Positions 47,228 through 57,467 of a stretch of DNA of 64,000 nucleotides are shown in pieces. A model generated the notes under the pieces. It had not been told where the DNA came from. It saw nothing but the letters and a program-made list of their open reading frames with translations, and ran no database searches. The translations under genes and the position numbers were made by a program. This DNA comes from an uncultured Gemmatimonadota bacterium (GTDB lineage Bacteria; SM23-81; DAOVCL01): assembly GCA_964626665.1 (NCBI GenBank), contig CAZVGK010000018.1:1-64000 (forward strand). The letters run 5' to 3'. Position 1 is the stretch's first letter. Each line of letters opens with the position of its first letter.

Positions 47228-47278
47228 TCCATCCCTCCAATGTTTCGGAACCTCCCAGACCCCTGACTCACCCAGACA

Positions 47279-47306
47279 ATTATATCCTTTCCTTCCCTTT
47301 TGTCAA
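47279..47306 (-). promoter_or_regulatory. Consensus sigma70 promoter of the ABC exporter
   Basis: Minus strand TTGACA-16 nt-TATAAT. Confidence 0.75.
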
Positions 47307-47663
47307 GTGGCTTTATTCTGCCAACTGAATAACCACAAAATGAACTCAGCTCCCTTGTGGTCGCTAACTCCTCCAGATGACCTCACAACCTATGGCGATC
47401 CGCTATCTTACGTCTGGTTTGCTCCGCCCCCACCCTTAAGTCCCGCACTTATGTATAAATGCAGGACTTCAAACAACCCTAACATTTCTGAATTTCTTAT
47501 AAATTCCAAAGATTTTAGTTGACGAGGGGCAATTTATTGGTTATTTTGGGGCAGTTAACTTAAGTGGTACGGATAAGCTCTGATAAGATGTCTTCCCCTT
47601 GGGGCAGGGGGAGGGACGGACTGGGATTAAAATAGGAGGCAAAAAAGTTCAAGGAGGTGATAT

Positions 47664-48101
47664 TTGCCCACAAAAATTAGGCTCCGCAGGATGGGGGCCA
47701 AAAAGAGACCCTTTTATAGGATAGTGGTGGCCGACTCCCGGATGCCCAGAGATGGGCAGTTCATTGAAGAGGTCGGCTACTACAATTCTCTCGTCGATCC
47801 TATGGTGGTGAACCTCAAGGAGGAGAGGATCTACCTCTGGTTGGAGAGGGGGGCCCAACCCACTGAGACGGTGAAGTCTTTGCTAAAGAAGGTGGGCCTT
47901 TGGGCCAAGTGGGTGGTGAAAAAGAGCGGTGGCGATACCTCAGAAATGGAGATCGTCTCCCAGGTCCCTGGCAGGAAAAAGGGGAAGAGGAAAAGGGAGG
48001 AAACACCTCCGGCTGTGGCTGAGGCAGAATCTGTTACACCAAGTGAGCAGGAAAAGCCTGGAGAGCAGACAGAGGAAAAGGCTTCCGGAAAGGAGAAATG
48101 A
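47664..48101 (+). CDS. rpsP: 30S ribosomal protein S16 with a C-terminal extension
   Basis: [37 protein letters not shown] start after AAGGAGG. Confidence 0.97.
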   Translation: MPTKIRLRRMGAKKRPFYRIVVADSRMPRDGQFIEEVGYYNSLVDPMVVNLKEERIYLWLERGAQPTETVKSLLKKVGLWAKWVVKKSGGDTSEMEIVSQVPGRKKGKRKREETPPAVAEAESVTPSEQEKPGEQTEEKASGKEK

Positions 48102-48104
48102 AAG

Positions 48105-48335
48105 ATGAAGCAGCTAATCGAGTATATTGCGAAAGCTCTGGTAGATAAGCCTACTGAGGTTGAGGTGAAAGAGGTAGAGGGCGAAAAGACGATTGTTTAC
48201 GAATTGAGGGTTGGCGATGGTGATCTGGGGAAAGTCATTGGCAAGAATGGTCAGACCGCCCGTTCTATCCGCACCATCCTCAATGCCGCCTCGGCAAAGC
48301 AGGGGAAAAGAGCTGTCCTGGAGATCTTAGAATAA
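48105..48335 (+). CDS. khpA: KH-domain RNA-binding protein KhpA
   Basis: [27 protein letters not shown]; canonical position after rpsP. Confidence 0.93.
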   Translation: MKQLIEYIAKALVDKPTEVEVKEVEGEKTIVYELRVGDGDLGKVIGKNGQTARSIRTILNAASAKQGKRAVLEILE

Positions 48336-48495
48336 TCCCCTTTCGGGTTCACCACCAGACCTGAACATTATTACGGTTCTCGGGAGTCGGGGGAAAGGGT
48401 TGGGGATTGCCGGGGGCAGAGGTGAGATGAGCATACCCTACACTGTGAAAACTTTAACACTCCCCCATGGTCAACCTTCAGAGGTGAAAAGGAGT
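48336..48495 (+). ncRNA. Candidate 6S-like structured RNA
   Basis: Nested pairings TTCACC/GGTGAA, CTGAA/TTCAG and GGGAGT/ACTCCC flank a central bubble. Not confirmed by a covariance model. Confidence 0.3.
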
Positions 48496-48557
48496 CGTGG
48501 CCATTCACAAATACCTGACTGCTGACTCTTGACCCCTGATCCCGGTGAATTTACTCT

Positions 48558-49070
48558 ATGGAAAAGGGCTTTGTCACCGTTGGCAAGATCACCCGGCCAT
48601 ATGGCACCAAGGGAGCGCTAAGGGTAAAACCCTTAACCGATTTCCCCCAAAGGTTTCAAGAGCTCAAGGAGATATGGGTGCAATCCCCCAAAGGGGAGAG
48701 GGTGATTATGGAAATAGAGAGGGTGGAGCAGAGGAGGCGCTGGCTTATCCTCAATTTTTCCGGGGTGCACACCCGCTCACAGGCCCAGGAGCTAATAGAC
48801 TCATACATTGAGGTAAGCGCTGAGCAGAGCTTCCCGTTAGAGGAGGGGAGCTATTACATCCACGATCTCTTGGGCTTGCCCGTCTATGCCGAAGAGGGTC
48901 GCTTAGTGGGCCATTTAGAGGATGTATGGAGGCTGCCGGCCAACGATGTCTGGGTCCTGAGGACAGATTCCGGACAAAAGCTCCTCCCAGCTACCAAGGA
49001 GATCGTCAAAGCTGTCGATCTGGGGCAGGGGAAGATAATCATTCATCCCCTCAATGGACTCCTGGATTAA
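48558..49070 (+). CDS. rimM: Ribosome maturation factor RimM
   Basis: VGKI.RPYG.KG, YYIHDLLG, ANDVW, LLP; operon context. Confidence 0.95.
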   Translation: MEKGFVTVGKITRPYGTKGALRVKPLTDFPQRFQELKEIWVQSPKGERVIMEIERVEQRRRWLILNFSGVHTRSQAQELIDSYIEVSAEQSFPLEEGSYYIHDLLGLPVYAEEGRLVGHLEDVWRLPANDVWVLRTDSGQKLLPATKEIVKAVDLGQGKIIIHPLNGLLD

Positions 49071-49076
49071 GAGGAG

Positions 49077-49829
49077 ATGAAGATTGACATTATCACCATC
49101 TTCCCTGAGGTTTTCCCCCCTTATCTGGAAAATGGGATGTGGGCTATCGCCCAAAAAAAAGGGATAGTTCAATTTGGGATTTACGATTTAAGGGATTACA
49201 CCGAGGACAGACATCGCACGGTTGACGACTATCCCTTTGGCGGCGGACCGGGGATGATTATGAAACCGGACCCCCTCTTCCAGGCCATAGAGGCAATAAC
49301 CACAACATCTCAAACCTCTCATCCTTTGACCATCCTCCTCTCCCCTCAGGGGGAGAGATTTGACCAGGAAATAGCCAAGGAGCTTTCCCAGGCCCCTTGG
49401 TTAATTTTACTTTGTGGCAGATACCGGGGAATCGACCAAAGGGTAAGGGAAAAGCTCGTTGATCGAGAGATTTCCATCGGGGACTATGTGCTCACCGGGG
49501 GGGAACTCCCGGCGATGGTCCTCATCGATGCGCTGACCAGATTACTTCCCGGGGTCCTCGGCGATATGGAATCGGCCAAAGAGGATTCATTCTATCAGGG
49601 CCTGTTGGATTACCCCCATTATACCAGGCCCCAGAACTTTCAAGGGTTAGAGGTTCCTCCCATCCTCCTCTCGGGAAATCACCAGGAGATCCACAAATGG
49701 AGGAGGAGGAAGGCATTGGAGATAACCTGGCAAAAGAGACCAGACCTGCTCAGCAAGGCGGACTTGACGAAAGAGGATCTGGCCTATTTAACGCAAATTG
49801 GCTACCATCCGCAATCAGGAGGCAAATAA
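49077..49829 (+). CDS. trmD: tRNA (guanine-N1)-methyltransferase
   Basis: [44 protein letters not shown]. Confidence 0.97.
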   Translation: MKIDIITIFPEVFPPYLENGMWAIAQKKGIVQFGIYDLRDYTEDRHRTVDDYPFGGGPGMIMKPDPLFQAIEAITTTSQTSHPLTILLSPQGERFDQEIAKELSQAPWLILLCGRYRGIDQRVREKLVDREISIGDYVLTGGELPAMVLIDALTRLLPGVLGDMESAKEDSFYQGLLDYPHYTRPQNFQGLEVPPILLSGNHQEIHKWRRRKALEITWQKRPDLLSKADLTKEDLAYLTQIGYHPQSGGK

Positions 49830-50173
49830 TGGATCTGATCAGGGATTTCACCGCCGCATACATTAAAAAGGAGATCCCCGATTTTAGGCCTGGGGATACG
49901 GTAAAGGTTCAGATAAAGGTTAAGGAGAGCGACAAGGAAAGGCTGCAGATTTTTCAGGGGACGGTTATCAAGAGAAAGGGTGGGGGCACAGCGGAGACCT
50001 TCACCTTAAGAAAGATAAGCGGTGGAGTGGGGGTGGAACGTATCTTTCCCCTTCACTCTCCCAACCTGACCAAGATAGAGGTGGTCAGGAGAGGTAAGGT
50101 AAGAAGGGCAAAGCTCTACTACCTGAGGGAAAGGAAGGGAAAGGCGGCAAAGGTTAAGGAGAAGATAACATAG
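49829..50173 (+). CDS. rplS: 50S ribosomal protein L19
   Basis: [37 protein letters not shown] 49829 follows AGGAGG. Confidence 0.97.
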   Translation: MDLIRDFTAAYIKKEIPDFRPGDTVKVQIKVKESDKERLQIFQGTVIKRKGGGTAETFTLRKISGGVGVERIFPLHSPNLTKIEVVRRGKVRRAKLYYLRERKGKAAKVKEKIT

Positions 50174-50785
50174 GTGGGGGGCTTAGCGGTTTCCCTTTCA
50201 TTTGAAGAAGAATTCAGAGATCTGGGGTTTAGGCATATTGCCGGGGTTGATGAGGCCGGAAGAGGACCCTTGGCCGGACCAGTGGTCGCTGCGGCGGTCA
50301 TCTTCCCCGCAGGGGTTTTCCTCCCTGAGGTTGACGATTCCAAGAAATTAAGCCCCCACAAAAGGGAGAGGCTCTACCAAGAGATAGTAAATGGAGCATC
50401 GGCCTTTGGAGTGGGAGAGATCGCTGTGGAGACTATAGACCAGATAAATATAGGTGAGGCTTCCTTCCAGGCGATGAGGAAAGCGGTAGAGGCCCTCCCC
50501 ATCTCCCCTGACCTCCTCCTCATAGATGGCAACCATCCCATCCCTGGGATAACTATAAAGCAGATAACGATAATTGGAGGGGATGCCCAGAGTTTCTCCA
50601 TTGCCTCAGCCTCCATCCTGGCCAAGGTGACCAGGGACAGGACAATGGAAGCCTACGAGGTGCTCTTTCCAGGTTATGGATTTTCCCAGAACAAGGGCTA
50701 CGGCACCCGCTCCCACCGGGAGGCCTTAAAAAGATTGGGACCCTGTGAGATCCATCGCCGCTCTTTTTCGCTCTTTGGCCCATAA
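50174..50785 (+). CDS. rnhB: Ribonuclease HII
   Basis: AGVDEAGRGPLAGPV, DSKKL, IDG, ASILAKV.RD, KGYGT, HRRSF. Confidence 0.96.
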   Translation: MGGLAVSLSFEEEFRDLGFRHIAGVDEAGRGPLAGPVVAAAVIFPAGVFLPEVDDSKKLSPHKRERLYQEIVNGASAFGVGEIAVETIDQINIGEASFQAMRKAVEALPISPDLLLIDGNHPIPGITIKQITIIGGDAQSFSIASASILAKVTRDRTMEAYEVLFPGYGFSQNKGYGTRSHREALKRLGPCEIHRRSFSLFGP

Positions 50786-51167
50786 AGGAAGGCATAAAAC
50801 CTTAGGGGAAGGCTCAACCTCCTCCTTAGGGAGACGAGGGGAAACCTTAGCTTCTCGCTATCTACAAGCTAAAGGCTATCAGATATTGGAGACCAACTAC
50901 AGGGCCCTCAGGGGTGAGATTGACATTATTGCTCGCAAGCGAGGGGAAATTGCCTTTGTGGAGGTAAAGAGCGGCAGGAGCCAGAGGTTTGGCCCCCCTT
51001 TGGAGAGGGTGGATATATACAAACAGAGGCAGATAGCTAAAGTAGCTTTGGCTTGGCTCCAATCAAAGGGATTAGATGATGTCCCCTGCCGGTTTGATGT
51101 CCTTTCCATAACGGAAAAGGAGGGGGCAATCGATATCGAACACATCGAGGATGCCTTCCAGATTTAA
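50745..51167 (+). CDS. yraN: YraN (UPF0102) family protein; start uncertain
   Basis: LGRRGE..A..YL..KGY.IL..NYR...GEIDII, FVEVK, RFDV. Confidence 0.9.
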   Translation: MRSIAALFRSLAHKGRHKTLGEGSTSSLGRRGETLASRYLQAKGYQILETNYRALRGEIDIIARKRGEIAFVEVKSGRSQRFGPPLERVDIYKQRQIAKVALAWLQSKGLDDVPCRFDVLSITEKEGAIDIEHIEDAFQI

Positions 51168-51234
51168 CCCCCCGGGCGACCGTTCCACCCTGCAAACACC
51201 CCCAACAGCTTAGCACTTTAACACATAATCCAAG

Positions 51235-52287
51235 ATGAAGAGAAGAAAGACAAAAGCCATCCCTGTGGGGAAGATCTACATCGGTGGGGGTTACCCTATC
51301 GTAGTGCAATCTATGACCAAAACCCATACCCAGGATGTGGAGGCCACTTTGGGCCAGATAAGAGAGCTGGAAGAGGCGGGATGTCAACTGGTCAGGGTAG
51401 CCGTCCCGGACAGGGAAGCCGCCGCGGCCATCTCCCGCATCAAACCCCAGATAAATATCCCCTTGGTGGCCGATATCCATTTCGACTACAGGTTGGCCCT
51501 TTTGAGCATAAAAAATGGGGCGGATAAGCTGCGGATAAACCCCGGGAACATTCAGGATAAGGGGAAGCTCAAGGAGATAGTATCGGCAGCAAAAGCCCAG
51601 GGGATTCCCATCCGCATTGGGGTAAACTCCGGCTCCCTCCCCCCCGACCTCTACTTGAAATATGGAGGGGTCACCGCTAAAGGTATGGTGGAGGCGGCCT
51701 CAAGGTGGGTGGAGCTATTGGAGGGTTGGGGGTTTGAAAGGATCATCATCTCCCTCAAATCAAGCGATCTGCCCCTGACCATAGAGGCCAACAGGGAAAT
51801 CTCCTCCACCCTGGACTACCCCTTGCACTTGGGCATCACGGAGGCTGGTCCCCCCCACTTCGGAACAATTAAATCGGCAGCAGGTATAGGCACCCTGCTG
51901 GCCGAGGGGATCGGGGACACCCTCCGGGTCTCCCTTACCAGTGATCCTGTAGAGGAGGTGAAGGTGGGAAAGGCTATTCTCAGGTCACTGGACCTTCTTC
52001 AGGAAGGTCCCGTGATCATCTCCTGTCCCACCTGTGGCCGCTGCGAAATCGATGTAGTAAAGATCACCAAGGAGATGGAGAAGAGACTCAAGGGAATCAA
52101 AAAGCCGCTCAAGGTGGCGGTAATGGGCTGCGTGGTCAATGGTCCAGGCGAGGCTCAGGAGGCAGATGTGGGCATGGCTGGGGGCAAGGGATCTGGGCTC
52201 ATCTTCCGCAAGGGAAAACCGCTAAGAAAGGTCGCCGAGTCAAAGATAGTGGAGGCACTGATGGAGGAGGTGAGAAAATTATGCTAA
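51235..52287 (+). CDS. ispG: (E)-4-hydroxy-3-methylbut-2-enyl-diphosphate synthase
   Basis: VQSMT, ADIHF, RINPGN, RIGVNSGSL, HLGITEAG, CPTCGR, MGCVVNGPGE. Confidence 0.97.
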   Translation: MKRRKTKAIPVGKIYIGGGYPIVVQSMTKTHTQDVEATLGQIRELEEAGCQLVRVAVPDREAAAAISRIKPQINIPLVADIHFDYRLALLSIKNGADKLRINPGNIQDKGKLKEIVSAAKAQGIPIRIGVNSGSLPPDLYLKYGGVTAKGMVEAASRWVELLEGWGFERIIISLKSSDLPLTIEANREISSTLDYPLHLGITEAGPPHFGTIKSAAGIGTLLAEGIGDTLRVSLTSDPVEEVKVGKAILRSLDLLQEGPVIISCPTCGRCEIDVVKITKEMEKRLKGIKKPLKVAVMGCVVNGPGEAQEADVGMAGGKGSGLIFRKGKPLRKVAESKIVEALMEEVRKLC

Positions 52288-54978
52288 AGTGGGCCTTATT
52301 CTTTCTCCCCCTTTTTTGTCTTATCCAGGATGGATTGGCTATACCCTGGGATCAGTATAAACTCACCCGCTGGCAGGACCCCCTGGGCAGATCCCCTCTC
52401 AGTTTTGAGGATTTCCAGAGGGATAACCCCCCTCTGGGTTAAGTTCACCGTAGGTGAGGTGAGCTTAAGGGATGGATCCCCGTTCGGCAAGCTGAGGGCG
52501 AAAAACGAAAAAGTTGCCATCCTGGTCAACTCCACGCTCTATCCTAAGATTGTTTCCTCCCTAACTCTTTATACAGATGACCTCATCGCCGAGGGTTACT
52601 CCGTAGTTATGGACACTATAAGGGGAGGCCAGGCTGCGGACCTGCGGGATTTCCTCTGGGAGGAGTGGGCCACGGACTCCCTGGTGGGAGCCATCTTTAT
52701 CGGCGATCTCCCCTTAGCCTGGTATAAGATGGAGGACTCCTGGGGTGATTCGGAGGAGTTCCCCATAGACTACTATTTTATGGATTTGGATGGGGATTGG
52801 GGGGATGCCAACGGAGATGGCATGCTTGACTCCCACCTTGGAGCCACCGAGCCGGAGATCTGGGTAGGAAGGCTCACCCCTTCCCACCTCACCTGGGGAA
52901 ACGAGGAGAACCTGTTGCGCGGATATTTCACCAAGGACCATCAATACCGCACAAGTGAGCTATCCCTTCCGCAAAGGGCCTTAGCCTTTGACGACGATTG
53001 GGACTACGTGGGAGATGCCTCGCTGAGCTTGCTCTACGACACGGTAAGCGTGGTGGACAATTCCTGGGAGACCACCGCCGCGGGATACTAAGCTAGGTTG
53101 GAGCAAGGTTATGAGTTCGTCCACCTTATGGCCCATTCCTCCCCCTGGACCCACACCTTTAAGCCTCAGGGTCAGGGGGGAACGGTTTACAACTATGAGA
53201 TAAATCTCTTAGGGCCCAAGGCCTTCTTCTATAACCTCTTTGCCTGCTCCAATGCCCGCTGGGTGGAGACGAACAACATAGCCTCCTGGTACATCTTCTC
53301 CAACCCCTATGGCCTGTTGGCTGTGGGCACCACCAAGACGGGTAGCATGCTCTACTTTGATGATTTCTATGGCCCCTTAGGGGAGGGCCAATCCTTTGGA
53401 GAGGCTTTCAAGAGCTGGCTGACCTTGCATGGGGAGGATTCACCTTCCTGGTTCTATGGGCTAACCATCTTAGGTGACCCCACCCTCCACCCAAAAGCCG
53501 GTTCCTCGGGGTTGGTCTCGGAAGAAATTGGGCCTTCATTCCACAGGGATAGCTCCTGGACCCAATACAGGGTAACCGATAATCCCTTTACCGATGGGGA
53601 TGCCGCCCTGACCAGCAGCGAAAACGGAACCATCTACCTTGTCTGGGCCTCTGGCCGGGATATAAGGTCCAACCTCTATGCCAGCCACTTTACCGGAGGG
53701 GGTTGGTCAACCCCCCAACAGGTCTGTCCCCACGAGTATTGGGACCTGGCCCCTTCCATTATCAGTGAACCCTCTGGCCGGGTCTGGATAGCCTGGCACA
53801 GCCTTCGTTCAGGAGGAGTGCAAAACATCTTCACCAGCTACAGCGACGATGGAGGGGTGAACTGGTCTGAAGCAATACAGCTCACCTCTGATCCCGGATA
53901 TGATGTGGAACCAAAACTGGTCATCGGGCCAGAGGGGAAACCCTGGGTCTTCTTCAAGAGCTGGCGGGATGGAAATGCCAACATCTATTTAAGCCGCTAT
54001 ACCGCTGGCTGGGGGGCTCCAGAGCAGGTGACCAACGATCCCCGGGATGATATCTCCCCTGCGGCTGCAAAGGATGAAGAGAGAAGGGTATGGGTAGGTT
54101 GGGCAGCGAACCCAGGGGATAACTGGGACATATACGCCAGGTACAGGGATGAGGGGGGTTTCTCCCCCATCTACCGGCTAACCTCCCATCCAGGAGCTGA
54201 CCTTCACCTCTCCCTGACCTGCGACAACTCCGGCCAACTATGGGCTTTCTGGCAGTCATTCAGGGACGGAGATGCCAACATCTATGCCAGCCAATTCACC
54301 GCGGGATCCTGGTCTGCCCCCTTTGCCCTGACCAGCGACTCAGCCGATGATCTCTCCCCTTCTGCCGCCCCCTTTGGTTCAACCGGAGCAATCGCAACCT
54401 GGAGGAGCAATAGAGGCCAACATTGGGACATCTGGGAGCGCAATTTTGAGGAGGGTTCCTGGAGCCAGCCAGCAATGATCTCCACCGATTAGAGAGATGA
54501 CATCTCCCCTGTGGTCTGTTCTTCCCCCCAAGGGGATAGTTGGCTTGCCTGGTCATCAAGCATGGGGGACAACTGGGAAATCTATGCCAGTTGGAATCAA
54601 CCCTTAGGTTTATCAGAAGATAAGCAAAATCCCCTACCCTCGCAGTTCTCCCTCTCCCAGAACTATCCAAATCCGTTTAACTCTACCACCCTCATCCACT
54701 ACACCATCCCTCAGGTTATAGGTGAAAGGTCTAAGGTGGAAGGGGGCCCTAACACCTCTCACCTAAAACCTATAACCTTAAAGGTTTACAACATCCTGGG
54801 TCAGGAGGTGCGAACCCTGGTAGCCGGGGAACAGAGAGCGGGCAACTATCAAGTCAAATGGGAGGGGAAGGACAATTTCAGCCAGGATGTTTCCAGTGGA
54901 ATCTACCTCTACAGGTTAGCGGTGAAAGGTGACAGGTCATGGGTGACAAGAACGAGAAAAACGGTATTACTTAGGTGA
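52281..54978 (+). pseudogene. Disrupted secreted protein: C25 (gingipain-like) peptidase domain, beta-propeller-like repeats and a FlgD-Ig/T9SS-type C-terminal domain
   Basis: Signal peptide from ATG 52281, frameshift near 52436-52441, in-frame TAA 53089-53091 and TAG 54490-54492. Motifs IGDLP, PEIWVGRL, AH, FACS, ILGDPTL, QNYPNPFN, VYNILGQEV, SSGIY.YRL. Confidence 0.85.
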
Positions 54979-55108
54979 TAAACGAGATGGACTAAAGCCA
55001 ATCGTTGATAGCAAAGCAACGATGTGCCCCTTGGCTGTCATTGCGATGAAAAAGATTAAACTAATAGCGGGGCAATTGTCGCAAGTCAAGGGGCTACCCT
55101 TCTAACTA

Positions 55109-55265
55109 GTGTCTGTCCGGAATTCCAGTTTTGAGGGAAATGTCATTGCGAGGAGTGAGGAACGAACGACGAAGCAATCTTCTTATTTCCATGAGATTGC
55201 TTCGCTCCTTTCGGTCGCTCGCAATGACGGAAATATTTCAATTTTGGTAGTTTTCGGACAGACAC
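55109..55265. mobile_element. 157-bp MITE-like element containing a GTCATTGCGAG...GCAATGAC palindrome
   Basis: TIR GTGTCTGTCCG/CGGACAGACAC; TAACTA direct repeat at 55103-55108 and 55266-55271. Confidence 0.8.
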
Positions 55266-55276
55266 TAACTATCCTT

Positions 55277-56035
55277 TTAAACCACTGCTTTGGCCCTGGG
55301 CTTCAGCAGGGGGGCAAACTCCTCCCAGGAGTAAGGGACAAATACCCGTCCCAAGGTTGTTTCAAACCCTTTCTTCATAGCCTCTTTCACCTCAGTAAAT
55401 TCCACCTCCCGGCCCAGACTAGCGGAGAGGTCTGTCCCCCGTAGCTCTCCAAAGGGAGAGGGGAGAAGGTCGGCTATGGAAAGTCTCCCCCTCCTCAAGG
55501 GAATTGACCCATGCTGGAGGATGGCTTTCTTTAATCTCCTTTGGGCACTGCCCACAAGCTTCCATCCCCCAATCTCGACCTCGTATCTGCTTACGGAGGC
55601 AAAACAGGGCCTCCCTTTGAGGTGAGAATGGGTTTTTACCCTCCCTCTTTCCAACCTCACATCCACCCCCAATATTCGTAGCCCTTCCACCAAGGCTTGA
55701 CTGATAAGCAGATAGATACCAGTCAGGCCCTTCGCCTGACGGAGATCTTCCTCCCTTGCTACAAAAGAGTAAGTGAAATCATCCAAATGAAGGATTGCCC
55801 TTCCTCCAGTGGGCCTTTTGACCACTTCTACCCCAAACTGGCGGCATTTCCTGAGGTTAACCACCTCCCTTGGCTTTTGAAAATAACCAAGGGAGACAGC
55901 AGGCGGCTTCCACCCATACACCCTGAGGATGAGGGGGAGGTCTCCCCCCTCGGCCTGGAAGAGAAGGTCCTCATCTAAGATCATATTAAAGCGGCCATCC
56001 CTAAATCCGGTGTCCAAAAATATCCCCGGCCTCAT
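55277..56035 (-). CDS. Lipoate-protein ligase / octanoyltransferase (LipM-like)
   Basis: NMILDE, LRVYGW, SLGYFQ, RPTGGRAILH, CF, KLVGSAQ, QHGSI. Confidence 0.9.
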   Translation of the reverse strand: MRPGIFLDTGFRDGRFNMILDEDLLFQAEGGDLPLILRVYGWKPPAVSLGYFQKPREVVNLRKCRQFGVEVVKRPTGGRAILHLDDFTYSFVAREEDLRQAKGLTGIYLLISQALVEGLRILGVDVRLERGRVKTHSHLKGRPCFASVSRYEVEIGGWKLVGSAQRRLKKAILQHGSIPLRRGRLSIADLLPSPFGELRGTDLSASLGREVEFTEVKEAMKKGFETTLGRVFVPYSWEEFAPLLKPRAKAVV

Positions 56036-56817
56036 AGAAGATGGGATTCCCTTAATTTGAAATACAATTTCTCGGCCACCTCAGATGGCTCCCCCTCCCA
56101 GATTTCCCCCTTTTCCCTGGGTTTAGGGGCAAAGATCCGCAACACCTGGGTGGGTGACCCGCTCAAACCAACCTCCTCCTCTTTAACCCCCAATTCATCC
56201 AGTCTCCAGACCGGGATATCCACCTTCTTGGCCCTCAGTTTCCCCCTTAAAGAGGGTAGCCTGGGCTCATTTATCTCCTTGACCACCGTAAGGAGGGCCG
56301 GGAGAGGGGTCTGAATGACATCATAACCTTCCTCGGTCATCCTTTGGACTACTGCTTGCTTAGAGTCTATCTCCTCTATCCGGCGGACAAAGGTCACCTG
56401 GGGGATGCTCAGATGCTCGGCCACTCCGGGACCTACCTGGCCGGTATCCCCATCCGAGGCCTGTCGGCCACAGAAAATGAGATCATAAGGGGAGAGCCTG
56501 CGGATGGCCTGAGCCAGGGTGTAGGAGGTGGCCAGGGTGTCCGCACCGGCAAAGGCCGGATGGGAAAGGAGAATGGCCCCATCAACCCCCAGGGAGAGGG
56601 CTTCCCGCAAGGCCTCCTCGGCCTGCGGGGGGCCCATACTAATGGCGATGACCTCACCTTCCAGCTTCTCCCTTATTCTCAACCCCTCCTCAATGGCATA
56701 CATATCAAATGGGTTAATGATGCCGGGCACCCCCTCACGGATGAGGGTATTCGTCTCAGGGTTGATCTTTATCTCTGTGGTGTCCGGAACTTGCTTTATG
56801 AGAACAATGATCTTCAA
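56032..56817 (-). CDS. etfB: Electron transfer flavoprotein beta subunit
   Basis: IKQVPDT, INPFD..AIE, MGPP, GADTLATS, GRQASDGDTGQVG, INEPR, GSPT.V. Confidence 0.95.
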   Translation of the reverse strand: MKIIVLIKQVPDTTEIKINPETNTLIREGVPGIINPFDMYAIEEGLRIREKLEGEVIAISMGPPQAEEALREALSLGVDGAILLSHPAFAGADTLATSYTLAQAIRRLSPYDLIFCGRQASDGDTGQVGPGVAEHLSIPQVTFVRRIEEIDSKQAVVQRMTEEGYDVIQTPLPALLTVVKEINEPRLPSLRGKLRAKKVDIPVWRLDELGVKEEEVGLSGSPTQVLRIFAPKPREKGEIWEGEPSEVAEKLYFKLRESHLL

Positions 56818-56991
56818 GCTTAATCACCTAAGTGTTTTTGAAGCCATTCCCCAATGCACTTGGCATAATCCCAAAGAGCTGTCAGGTGCCCTCACCTGAC
56901 GGCGAGAGAGGAAGGTGGCAGAACAGGGGTTCTGCCACCTCGGATGGGTAAGAATACCTGACCGCTGATCCCTGGCTACCGTAAACTGGCA

Positions 56992-57030
56992 TTTTCCTAA
57001 CCTGTCTCCGATGCTTTCCACGTCTGTCAT
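56992..57030 (-). pseudogene. 13-codon stub, possibly of a HEPN/DUF86 toxin gene
   Basis: ATGA overlap with the MNT stop; MTDVESIGDRLGK resembles a DUF86 N-terminus, then runs into repeat DNA. Confidence 0.45.
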
Positions 57031-57446
57031 AGAATTCCTTCCTTAGCAACCCGTTCTATCAAAAGCCTCGTGTGTCTCCCATAATAATATTGGCGATCGA
57101 AGTAGCGGGACATAACCCGGAATTCAAACCTTATCCTCTGCAGTTCATCTTTACAGTAAATCAGCTTCCCCTCCTTCACCACCCTAAATTGAAAGGAAAG
57201 GGGAAGATCCCTGAGCAGAAGAAGATCAATCCGATCGGTCTGGAAAACGACTGAGAGGTCACTTATCAACCTAAGCCTGAGGCCGAAACGTTGGCCCTTG
57301 TTTAATCCCTCATTCAGGTAAACGGCGATATCCAGATCGCTTCTCGGCCCAGCCTCCCCCCTGACCTGGGAGCCAAAGAGATAGGCAAAGACCGCCTTAT
57401 TCCTGCTCAAGACCTCCACCAGCTCTGATTGATCAAATTTAGACAT
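57027..57446 (-). CDS. Minimal nucleotidyltransferase (MntA-type antitoxin)
   Basis: AYLFGSQVRG...RSDLDIAV, IDL, VVKEGKLIY. Confidence 0.9.
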   Translation of the reverse strand: MSKFDQSELVEVLSRNKAVFAYLFGSQVRGEAGPRSDLDIAVYLNEGLNKGQRFGLRLRLISDLSVVFQTDRIDLLLLRDLPLSFQFRVVKEGKLIYCKDELQRIRFEFRVMSRYFDRQYYYGRHTRLLIERVAKEGIL

Positions 57447-57467
57447 GAGTTTGGATTATTCACTCCT

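Noticed and set aside
47340-47460. Riboswitch or tRNA in the ABC-rpsP intergenic region
   Set aside because: GC-rich, but I could not fit a cloverleaf or a known aptamer consensus; it needs an Rfam cmscan.
53089-54492. Stop-codon recoding (pyrrolysine or an alternative genetic code) in the C25-like gene
   Set aside because: The lesions are of three kinds (frameshift, TAA, TAG), and TAA/TAG end many normal genes here. Decay or sequence error is simpler.
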